A stretch of DNA of 64,000 nt. Source: Parcubacteria group bacterium GW2011_GWA2_42_14 (GTDB lineage Bacteria; Patescibacteriota; Minisyncoccia; Sungbacterales; GWA2-42-14). The stretch is from the NCBI GenBank assembly GCA_000998135.1, contig LCCV01000002.1, positions 29,421 through 93,420 on the forward strand, read 5' to 3'. How positions within the stretch are numbered: position 1 is the first letter of the stretch; each line of letters starts with the position of its first letter. Below are positions 19,179-28,378 of the stretch, in pieces. The position numbers and the translations under genes are program-made. The notes beneath the pieces are model-generated. The model searched no databases and was not told the origin of the DNA. It saw only the letters and a program-made list of their open reading frames with translations.

Positions 19179-19943
19179 TTATTTTTTAAATATAAACACC
19201 GTAATCACCCCTAATCTATTCAGAAACGGAATTTTTTCCATTACAGCATTAAAAATATTAGAAAAAACAGGAATATACTTGGGGAACGGCAAATGGTATG
19301 ACATTTGCCTTAAAGATAATCCTGAATCTCGGCAAATCTCAATTAGTTCCTTAATAGAAATCCTTTCGTGCGGGCCTTCGGGCATTTTTAATTTCAATTT
19401 TTCGGCTAAATCCAGAATCGGCTCCCATAAAGGATTGGCCATGGATACAATAACTTTTGTACTGTCGGAAGCAAGTTTTGCGATATTTCGCACACTCATT
19501 CTAACATCATCCAGATGCTCAATTACATCTGCCAAAATTATATAATCAAATTTTTCTTCGGTTCGAAAATCAGCCGCCGTTGATTGAAAAAACGTTAAAT
19601 TTTTAAAATTGGCATATTTTTCTTGCGCCCTTTTTATCATTTCTCCGCTTACATCAACGCCAATCCCCAATGACGGCCTAAGTTCGGCTAAAATTTCTCC
19701 GGTACCACAGCCAATTTCCAAAACCCTTGAACCAGCCGGAATAGAACTTTTATAAATTTTTTTGACGGCATCATAATAATACCAATTCTTCCTTTTCCAA
19801 TAGTCGTAAGAAGGGGCTATTTCGTCAAAATGTTTTTGTACTTCGTCCATGCCAATTTTCTCAGCGAGGCAAGCAAGATTGCTTGCCACAGCCGAGATGT
19901 TAGAAAATTGAGCAGTTTTGTTGCTAAAATTGACAATTTTCAA
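19179..19943 (-). CDS. Class I SAM methyltransferase (paralog of the N-terminal domain of 20040..21446).
   Basis: Motif I VLEIGCGTGEILAEL. The N-terminal YDYWKRKNWYYYD... segment is shared with the neighbouring fused gene. Confidence 0.7.
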   Translation of the reverse strand: MKIVNFSNKTAQFSNISAVASNLACLAEKIGMDEVQKHFDEIAPSYDYWKRKNWYYYDAVKKIYKSSIPAGSRVLEIGCGTGEILAELRPSLGIGVDVSGEMIKRAQEKYANFKNLTFFQSTAADFRTEEKFDYIILADVIEHLDDVRMSVRNIAKLASDSTKVIVSMANPLWEPILDLAEKLKLKMPEGPHERISIKELIEICRDSGLSLRQMSYHLPFPKYIPVFSNIFNAVMEKIPFLNRLGVITVFIFKK

Positions 19944-20029
19944 TTGTCATCCTGAACGAAGTGAAGGATCTATATATCTTTTGAGATTCTTCGCCTAGCT
20001 CAGAATGACAGCACGGCTGTCAATTTTAG
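19924..20029. mobile_element. About 105-bp MITE-like palindromic element with terminal inverted repeats (ctaaaattgacaa ... ttgtcaattttag).
   Basis: TIRs plus an internal inverted pair gtcatcctgaacgaagtgaaggatc / gattcttcgcctagctcagaatgac. The core recurs inverted inside CDS at 9877-9905 and partially at 52030-52075. Confidence 0.55.
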
Positions 20030-20039
20030 ACAAAGCCCT

Positions 20040-21446
20040 TTATATAAATTTAATCTTCCTCATGGCAAAAACGACCATCTCGAGCAAAAGCCAGCCGTGC
20101 TTCCAGCGCTGAATATTGGTCTTGCCGTAAGTTCGTGCATGATACCGAACCGGCAATTCCACTATTTTTAAATTCAATTTAGCCGCTCCGAAAAGCAAAT
20201 CAAAATCGCCAAAAGGGTCAAAATCACCAAAATATGAACGCCCGGCGGCTATTTTTTCGTAATCTTTTTTAAATAAAACTTTTGTTCCGCAAAGCGTATC
20301 TTTAATGCGCTGGCCTAAAAGCCAAGAAAACATAATGCTAAAAAACTTATTTCCCAATATATTAAGAAATCTCATGGCTTGTTTTTCCATAGGATAAACC
20401 AGACGGGAACCATTTATAAACTCTCCTCTTCCCGAACGCATCGCCTCATAAAACTTAGGCAAATCTTCGGGAGCAACCGTAAGGTCGGCATCCAGTATCA
20501 TTAGTATATCGCCCTTAGCCACGGAAAAACCCTTTCTTACGGCATCTCCCTTGCTCCTCCCTTCCTGCGCCAACCAGCGAATATTTCTTTTGCCAGCATA
20601 CTTTTCTGAAACTTTTTTAATCTCGTCCAGTGTGCCGTCGCTTGAATGGCCCTCAACAAAAATTATCTCATTATAAAAGCCGAAGTGGGGCAGGCGCAAA
20701 ATTACCTGTTCTATATTACCTTTTTCATTTCTTGCCGGAATTATTATAGAAATAGAATATTCACGAGACTCGCTTGGAATTGGACGGGCAACAAAATATT
20801 GGACCAGGCATAAACGATTTAGCAAAGGAAAATTAGCGATAAAACGATTTATAAACGCAGAAATTAAAGGAATATAAATAGGAAAAATAATTTTTTTTCC
20901 GCGCTTTATAATTTCAAAACCTGCTAAATAGAGCAAATTTTCAATATCTTTCTCCGACAACCAGTGCTGAAGGGGTTGACGGAATTTCAAACCGAGAACT
21001 TCCGCCAATCTTAATATCGGCTCCCATAAATAATTAAAATAAGTGATTACCACGCGCGTTTGATCATGACTTATATTTTTCAAATTATAAAAGACCTTTT
21101 CAACATCAAAAAAATACCCAAGAACATCCGAAAGAATTATATAGTCAAATCTTTCGCCCAACCTCATTTCTTCGGCATCCATCAATACCCATTCATGTTG
21201 CGGATATTTTTTTTGGGCCAACTCCACCATTTTTGGACTTATGTCAATTCCAACACCGCGCTTAGGATTTACATGCATAAGCAAATCGCCCATTCCAGAA
21301 CCTATTTCAAGCACTGTTTCTCCCGCGGGCACCAAAAAACCAACGAGTTTCTCAATGGTTTTATGATAATACCAGTTTCGCTTTTTCCAATAATCACGGC
21401 TTTCTGCCTGCTTGTTTAGATATGCAATTAATTGTTCTTTATTCAA
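20040..21446 (-). CDS. Bifunctional protein: N-terminal class I SAM methyltransferase fused to a C-terminal GT2 glycosyltransferase.
   Basis: N-terminal VLEIGSGMGDLLMHV (motif I). C-terminal SISIIIPARNEKGNI...ILDADLTV (GT2). Confidence 0.7.
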   Translation of the reverse strand: MNKEQLIAYLNKQAESRDYWKKRNWYYHKTIEKLVGFLVPAGETVLEIGSGMGDLLMHVNPKRGVGIDISPKMVELAQKKYPQHEWVLMDAEEMRLGERFDYIILSDVLGYFFDVEKVFYNLKNISHDQTRVVITYFNYLWEPILRLAEVLGLKFRQPLQHWLSEKDIENLLYLAGFEIIKRGKKIIFPIYIPLISAFINRFIANFPLLNRLCLVQYFVARPIPSESREYSISIIIPARNEKGNIEQVILRLPHFGFYNEIIFVEGHSSDGTLDEIKKVSEKYAGKRNIRWLAQEGRSKGDAVRKGFSVAKGDILMILDADLTVAPEDLPKFYEAMRSGRGEFINGSRLVYPMEKQAMRFLNILGNKFFSIMFSWLLGQRIKDTLCGTKVLFKKDYEKIAAGRSYFGDFDPFGDFDLLFGAAKLNLKIVELPVRYHARTYGKTNIQRWKHGWLLLEMVVFAMRKIKFI

Positions 21447-21524
21447 AATAAGATTTAAGATAAGATTTAATACTTATGATTTAAGATTTAAGAATATTTT
21501 TAAAATTTTAAAACATAAAAACTT

Positions 21525-22481
<957 letters not shown>

Positions 22482-22662
22482 TTAATAAATCCTTAATCCA
22501 ATTCCAAAAAACCCCAAATTCAAAATCCCAAATTCCAAATATCAAAATTCAAATAATAAATACAAAATATATTACTGTTTGAATTTTGAAATTTTCCGCC
22601 GAAGGCGGATCCGCCTCTGGCGGAGAATTTATTTGGGATTTGGTGCTTTGGATTTTGAATTT

Positions 22663-23652
22663 TCAAACCAATCCCTTCAATCCGTTTTTCTTCATATCAC
22701 TATCCAGCATTTTTTTCACAAGCTCTTTAAATCTTACCTTCGGCTCCCAACCAAGTTCTTTTTTGGCTTTAGAATAATCGCCCTGCAATATATCGGCCTC
22801 GGTGGGTCGATAATGCTTTTCGTCAATCTCCACATATTTTTTCCAATCAAGGCCGGCAAGCCCGAATGCTTCTTCAACAAATTCTTTTACCGAGTGGGTT
22901 TCCCCCGTAGCCACTACAAAATCATCCGGACGAGAATGCTGCATCATGAGCCACATGGCTTCCACATAATCGGGGGCATAGCCCCAATCGCGCTTGGCAT
23001 CCATATTCCCCAAAATTAATTTATCTTTTTTCCCGGCAACAATATCCGCCACTCCTCTGGTGATTTTTCTGGTCACAAATGCTTCGCCCCTCCTCTCTGA
23101 TTCATGATTAAAAAGTATGCCGTTCACAATAAACATATTATAGGCCTCGCGGTAATTTTTAGAAATCCAGTAACCAAAAACCTTAGAAACGGCATAAGGA
23201 GAACGGGGATAAAACGGCGTTGTTTCTTTTTGGGGCACTTCCTGGGCCTTGCCGAACATTTCTGAAGAAGAAGCATTATAAAATTTAATAGAGTCCATCC
23301 CGGCATCTCTGATTGCCTCAAGTAATCGCAAAACCCCCAAACCGGTAACATTGGCCGTAAATTCCGGCGTATCAAAACTTAACCGCACATGGCTTTGCGC
23401 CCCCAAATGATACAATTCATCCGGCTTGACTCTCCGTATCAAATAATTTACGGAGCTTGCATCAGTCAAGTCCCCGTAATGCAGGAAAAAACGCTCATAT
23501 TTAGGATGCTTTTGCATATGGTCAATTCTTTCGGTATTGGTGGAACTGGAACGGCGTATAAGCCCATGAACTTCATAATCCTTGGAAAGCAAAAACTCGG
23601 CCAAATATGAGCCGTCTTGTCCGGTTATGCCTGTAATTAAGGCCTTCTTCAT
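22663..23652 (-). CDS. gmd: GDP-mannose 4,6-dehydratase.
   Basis: [43 protein letters not shown] is the canonical Gmd N-terminus. Confidence 0.9.
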   Translation of the reverse strand: MKKALITGITGQDGSYLAEFLLSKDYEVHGLIRRSSSTNTERIDHMQKHPKYERFFLHYGDLTDASSVNYLIRRVKPDELYHLGAQSHVRLSFDTPEFTANVTGLGVLRLLEAIRDAGMDSIKFYNASSSEMFGKAQEVPQKETTPFYPRSPYAVSKVFGYWISKNYREAYNMFIVNGILFNHESERRGEAFVTRKITRGVADIVAGKKDKLILGNMDAKRDWGYAPDYVEAMWLMMQHSRPDDFVVATGETHSVKEFVEEAFGLAGLDWKKYVEIDEKHYRPTEADILQGDYSKAKKELGWEPKVRFKELVKKMLDSDMKKNGLKGLV

Positions 23653-23714
23653 AATTAACTATTTTACCATTTTAATTTAAAAAATCAATATCTTAAAGTA
23701 CGACTTCCAAAATA

Positions 23715-24869
23715 CTATGGAAGTCGGACTTCCGTAGTTATAGACGATATTATTTTTTTTGCCCTCTTTTCCCAAGTATAATTTTCAACATCACGTTTTG
23801 CTTCTTCAACTAATAATTTGGCAGTGCTCGGATTTTCAAAAATATACGCAATTCCGTCAGCCAGCGCTCTTTCATCATCCGGTTGAACGAGCCATGAGTT
23901 TTTTTTATGAACTAACACCTCTTGAATGGCGCTCGTTCCCGAAGCCACTATCGGCCTGCCTGATGCCATATACTCAAAAAGCTTCAGGGGAGAGGTAAAA
24001 TAATTGGAATGCTCGTCTTTAGCGGTCCCGGTAATAACAAGACAATCAGCCGCTTTAAGATAAAACGGAATCTCCGAATATTTTTTCTGGCCGATTAATA
24101 TTATGTTTTCAGGAAGTTTCTCTTTAAGAAGCGTGGAATCTTCGGGGGTGCCGCCGCCAACCAGCAAAACTGTTATATCTTTTGGCAAAAGGGCGGCCGC
24201 TTTAATTAATGTATCAATCCCCTTCCAGCTGTAAAAATGCCCCGTATATACCACATAACGTCCTTTAACAGCCAAACCGAGTTTACGGCGAGCATCTTCT
24301 TTGGTTATCGAAAGAGCAAAATCCTCAATGGAAACTCCATCCGGAGCCCAAACAACTTTGTCTTTCATGCCTTTTATGGACTGATATATTTCTTTAGCCG
24401 AGCGGTTGATGGCTACGGCCAATTTCAGCCGCGGAAAAAATCTCTGATATTTCTTTTCAGCAAGAAAATGAAACTCGCTAATCAGTTTTTTCTTACAGAA
24501 AATGAAAAACCAAAAAAGTATGGAGTCATGGCGAAAATATAAAAAATCATGACTATGGGTCATACTATGAAACGCCGCGGACAATGAAAAAGTAACGCTA
24601 ATCAGCCAATAAGGAATAGGGCCTAAAAAATAAAGGTAAGGAATTAAATCCAAACAAGCAAGTTTTTTAAGCTTAAAAACCCTTTCAACTTTATAATAAT
24701 CAAAAGGGTCCTCATTCATTGCTTCTGTTTTTCGCCGCGGAATAACAAGTTCAAGTTCCACGCCGTTTTTGGCCATGGCCTCGCAGGTTTTCATAATCTG
24801 CAAACCGTTGGCCCTGTCGGTGGGTATTCTTTCGTTAGCTATATATAATAATTTTATTTTTTCGCGCAT
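23715..24869 (-). CDS. GT4 family (GT-B, retaining) glycosyltransferase.
   Basis: C-terminal Glycos_transf_1 pattern (GGGTPEDST...ADCLVITG...FEYMASGRPIVAS). Confidence 0.7.
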   Translation of the reverse strand: MREKIKLLYIANERIPTDRANGLQIMKTCEAMAKNGVELELVIPRRKTEAMNEDPFDYYKVERVFKLKKLACLDLIPYLYFLGPIPYWLISVTFSLSAAFHSMTHSHDFLYFRHDSILFWFFIFCKKKLISEFHFLAEKKYQRFFPRLKLAVAINRSAKEIYQSIKGMKDKVVWAPDGVSIEDFALSITKEDARRKLGLAVKGRYVVYTGHFYSWKGIDTLIKAAALLPKDITVLLVGGGTPEDSTLLKEKLPENIILIGQKKYSEIPFYLKAADCLVITGTAKDEHSNYFTSPLKLFEYMASGRPIVASGTSAIQEVLVHKKNSWLVQPDDERALADGIAYIFENPSTAKLLVEEAKRDVENYTWEKRAKKIISSITTEVRLP

Positions 24870-26146
24870 GATTCAAAACCGGCTTTCATTTTTAATAAAT
24901 ATTCTTCCTTGGACGGCATTGAAAAAAAACTGGCAAAATCATTCACATTTTGTTTCATGTTATTATACAAATCATCTTCCGAAAATACTTTGATAAGTTC
25001 CGACGCCAAATTTTTAGGACTTATACCGACCGGTAAAATTTTGCCGGTTTTACCGTCCTTAATTACCTCGCTTGCAATACCGACATCCGTAGAAAAAACA
25101 GGAAGACCGCTGGCCAAAGCTTCAATAATTGTCCTGCCGTATCCTTCATAATTTGAGGTTAACAAAAAAAGGTCTGCGGTTTTGTAATACGAAACAAGCA
25201 TTTCGTAAGAAACTGCGTCCTCAAAAATAATATTCGAATATTTGGAAGACTGTCCGAGAACGTCATTGCGAGGGAGCGAAGCGACCGAAGCAATCTCTAA
25301 ATAAGCCGTTTTTGGATTGCTTCCCGCCACGCTCCCCTCGGTCGCTCGCGGTCGCAATGACGGAAACGACGGTTTTCGTACGTTCTGCCCCAAATTTTCG
25401 TATTTTTCTTTAAGTGTTTTTTTTAACGGCCCTTCGCCAACAATTACCAGCAAAGATTTGGAATGAACCTTTACCACTTCACCAAAAGCAAGGCACGCGG
25501 TTTCTATGTTTTTCTCCCTCGTAAGACGCGAGGCCATAAGAACAATAAAATCATGTTCAGGATATTTTTTATGAAGGTTGTATGTTACCGGCGTTTTTTT
25601 TATTTTTTCCGCGTCAATGAAAATCGGCAAAACCGAAATTTTTGAATCATAAATCTTAAGAATTGAAACAATCGAACTTTTTATTCGTTCCGAAACAACG
25701 CGAACGCAATCGGCTTTTTTTATTGTTCGGGGATAAAGCAAATAACGGATATAATTTTTCCATGATTCGCTTTTAAAAAATGGCGACAAAAAATCGGTAT
25801 GAATTTGCGCCTGAAGGGACAGGCCAAATTTCTTTTTCAAAAAAAAGGCGACAATATTGGTAAAAGCGTCTTGAGAAGTAATTAGTGAATTATGAATTAT
25901 GAATGATGAATTACGGATTATACGTTTGGCGATGCGATAGGCATTAAAAAAATAAAACAGTTTAAAAACTGTATTTGTCGGATAAACCCACGCATTTTCC
26001 GAAATTTTTCTCTCTTTAAATCCTGTATCGGTATAAACTATTATATGCAATTCTTCAGCAATACTGCCGTATTCTTTCATCCTTTCCTGCGCCTCGCTCC
26101 CGTCCCGTAAAATAGATTTATCAATGCTTAACATTATTATTTTCAT
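24854..26146 (-). CDS. GT4 family glycosyltransferase carrying an in-frame palindromic repeat insert.
   Basis: LLVIVGEGPLK...ADLFLLTSNYEGYGRTIIEALASGLPV (GT4 EX7E region). Residues PSFPSLRPRATEGSVAGSNPKTAYLEIASVASLPRNDVL are encoded by the cgtcattgcgaggg...ggtcgcaatgacgg palindrome at 25255-25385. Confidence 0.65.
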   Translation of the reverse strand: MKIIMLSIDKSILRDGSEAQERMKEYGSIAEELHIIVYTDTGFKERKISENAWVYPTNTVFKLFYFFNAYRIAKRIIRNSSFIIHNSLITSQDAFTNIVAFFLKKKFGLSLQAQIHTDFLSPFFKSESWKNYIRYLLYPRTIKKADCVRVVSERIKSSIVSILKIYDSKISVLPIFIDAEKIKKTPVTYNLHKKYPEHDFIVLMASRLTREKNIETACLAFGEVVKVHSKSLLVIVGEGPLKKTLKEKYENLGQNVRKPSFPSLRPRATEGSVAGSNPKTAYLEIASVASLPRNDVLGQSSKYSNIIFEDAVSYEMLVSYYKTADLFLLTSNYEGYGRTIIEALASGLPVFSTDVGIASEVIKDGKTGKILPVGISPKNLASELIKVFSEDDLYNNMKQNVNDFASFFSMPSKEEYLLKMKAGFESCAKK

Positions 26147-26176
26147 AATATCTCTTGTAAATTTTACTTAAACAAA

Positions 26177-27610
26177 TCAAGACCGTTGACCGGACGAATA
26201 TGCTTGCGCTACCCCCTTCTCAAGGTATTCAACCGCAAATTCCGCCTTATCGCCGACGAACTTAACCTTAATTTCTTTTAAATTTGTTTTCACGTCCGGA
26301 CCAATAACGCGCGCGTTTAATATTTTCGATAGCTTTTGGCCCATACCCTCTCTAAACCCCGTTTCGCATGAATTTAGAATGATAGTCGGATTTTTTTCAA
26401 AATACCTGCTCTTGTTTTTTGCGCGCTTGTCAATCAAATCGGATATTTTCAGACGATGCTTCGCTTCCGAACCGCCAAATTGGATACAATCCGGAGCGCC
26501 ATGTCCGCCGATAATAGCAAATTGAATCTTATGGCTTTTGCCGTATTTCCTGTCAAGCCGATGCAGCATTTTTACAATATCAATCTTGCTGTCTCCCTCA
26601 ACAACACGAAGAGCGTATTTCCCCGCTGTCTGCGAAAATAAATTCCCAAAAACATGATTTGTGCCATAAAAAGCTCCATTATGGTCATTCTTCGGATAAA
26701 ATATAACTCCATAGGGCATGGCTGTGTCTTCATATTCGTCATATTGTTTTATGAGCATGCCAGGCGGGTATCTCCCAAAGTCATATATGCCAAACTCTGA
26801 ATTTAAAAACAGCGCGATACCGGGACGTTGTCCTTCCAAATATTCCAAAGAACGCAGATTAAAAGACATGGTAGGCCCCCAAAAACTCTTTTTATCGCTT
26901 ATACTCCACGCGTCTAAAAATTTTTTGCTGTCAAGGCCATACCGGCCAATCTTTTCTTCCATTATGGACTCCGCAAACTTCCGCATGTCGGAATTAAAAC
27001 TCCGCAGACATTCACCGAGAATATGATAATCTTCTTCATTTCTCACGTAATCATGTAAAATCGAAAGAGCTTTTTTAACGTCTTCCGGCGCGCCGTTTTC
27101 AGCCACGGCTTCAATAACGTAAACATACGCGCTGCCGTGTCCCTCCCTCATATTTAAATCAATATCTTGAAAATGGCGGACAAGAAAATCAACGCCCTGT
27201 TTTTTTTGAATAGCAGTGCCGTAATCAATAAGAGAAACAGCTGCATTAAACACTTGATTATTTAGATTCCTCCGCTTGGACTCTATTTTGCCCTCAAGAA
27301 AATCAAGATTTCTGGAAAGCGCGTCTGCGGCCAATTCAGACACTTCAACAGTATTTGGGGCAGGAACCGCGAGTTCTCTTAAAAGATAGAAAGCATCGTC
27401 AAAATAGTCCTTTTCCCTAAGGCCGTCTTCAATGATATCAAGATTTTCTTCAACCGCTTTTGCCAATTCTCCCGCCTCTTCGGCGCTTAATTCTTTAGAA
27501 TTTACGAGCCTGATTATTCTCTTGATTGCCTTATTCCACCGCGCATGGTTAAATTCATCTTTTTTTTCAGAAGTTATGCGCTCTTTTTCGTTATGTGAAT
27601 ACTCGGCCAT
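26177..27610 (-). CDS. Hypothetical protein: helical N-terminal region plus a C-terminal segment with a caspase-fold-like His/Cys dyad (speculative clan CD peptidase-like).
   Basis: ...QFAIIGGHGAPD... followed 45 residues later by ...PTIILNSCETG... This beta-strand/HG and beta-strand/xSCxxG spacing resembles caspase/legumain/CHAT dyads. No other motif was recognised. Confidence 0.35.
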   Translation of the reverse strand: MAEYSHNEKERITSEKKDEFNHARWNKAIKRIIRLVNSKELSAEEAGELAKAVEENLDIIEDGLREKDYFDDAFYLLRELAVPAPNTVEVSELAADALSRNLDFLEGKIESKRRNLNNQVFNAAVSLIDYGTAIQKKQGVDFLVRHFQDIDLNMREGHGSAYVYVIEAVAENGAPEDVKKALSILHDYVRNEEDYHILGECLRSFNSDMRKFAESIMEEKIGRYGLDSKKFLDAWSISDKKSFWGPTMSFNLRSLEYLEGQRPGIALFLNSEFGIYDFGRYPPGMLIKQYDEYEDTAMPYGVIFYPKNDHNGAFYGTNHVFGNLFSQTAGKYALRVVEGDSKIDIVKMLHRLDRKYGKSHKIQFAIIGGHGAPDCIQFGGSEAKHRLKISDLIDKRAKNKSRYFEKNPTIILNSCETGFREGMGQKLSKILNARVIGPDVKTNLKEIKVKFVGDKAEFAVEYLEKGVAQAYSSGQRS

Positions 27611-27619
27611 TGCTTTATT

Positions 27620-28351
27620 CTACGACGAAAAAAACTTAATTGCCTTCTCAAGCCGTTCAAATGTCCCGCAATCAAAAAATCGGCCATCGTGTTTATAGCC
27701 CAAAAGCAGTTTCGCTTGAGCTAATTTGGGAAATAAATCTTTCTCAATCATTAAAAATTTTGAATTTCCGGACGTAGCAACGCGGGAAAAGGATTCGGGA
27801 GAAATCAGATAAAGCCCGCCGGATATGAAAGAAGACGGCGGATTTTCCGGCTTTTCCAAAAATTCCGTTATTCTTTCATTTTGCATAATGGCAACGCCAT
27901 AATCCGAAGGATTGTCAACCTTCATCAGGGCGAGTGTGGCCAAACCGGAATTTTCAACATGAAAATCATGCATTCCCGCGAGGTCAACCTCTTTTAATTC
28001 ATCGGCATTGCTCATAAAAAACGGCTCATTCCCTATCCAGTCGCGAAGATGATGATAAACGTAGCCCAAAGTGCCCATGGGTTCTTTTTCCACTTCAAAA
28101 GTAATGGAGCGCAAATCAAATCTGGTTTCATACCTTTTTCTCCACCAAAAAAAATCCTCTTTATCTGCCTCTTTAATGATTATTTTTACCTCCCGAATGC
28201 CGTATTTTTTAAAAATATCCAACAAATAATTAATAATCGGCTGTTTTTTCACGGTCAATAACGGCTTGGGAATTTCAAGCGTTATGGGGTGCAGGCGCGT
28301 ACCCTTTCCTCCGGCAAGTATTATTGCTTTTTTGGGCATTGTAGAAGCCAT
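27620..28351 (-). CDS. Sugar-1-phosphate nucleotidyltransferase (NTP_transferase domain, for example mannose-1-P guanylyl- or glucose-1-P thymidylyltransferase).
   Basis: KAIILAGGKGTRLHPITLEIPKPLL is the G-x-G-T-R-L signature of sugar nucleotidyltransferases. Confidence 0.75.
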   Translation of the reverse strand: MASTMPKKAIILAGGKGTRLHPITLEIPKPLLTVKKQPIINYLLDIFKKYGIREVKIIIKEADKEDFFWWRKRYETRFDLRSITFEVEKEPMGTLGYVYHHLRDWIGNEPFFMSNADELKEVDLAGMHDFHVENSGLATLALMKVDNPSDYGVAIMQNERITEFLEKPENPPSSFISGGLYLISPESFSRVATSGNSKFLMIEKDLFPKLAQAKLLLGYKHDGRFFDCGTFERLEKAIKFFSS

Positions 28352-28378
28352 ATTAAACGCAAACGATTTAACGCAAAA

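Noticed and set aside
19100-19180. Possible CRISPR array from short tandem repeats (gaattacgaat units here, (catgaaa)n at 48300-48580 and 60600-60655, gaattatgaattatgaatgatgaattacgg at 25885-25920).
   Set aside because: The units are 7-11 bp without unique spacers of 25-40 bp, and there are no cas genes. These are simple microsatellite or palindrome repeats, not CRISPR.
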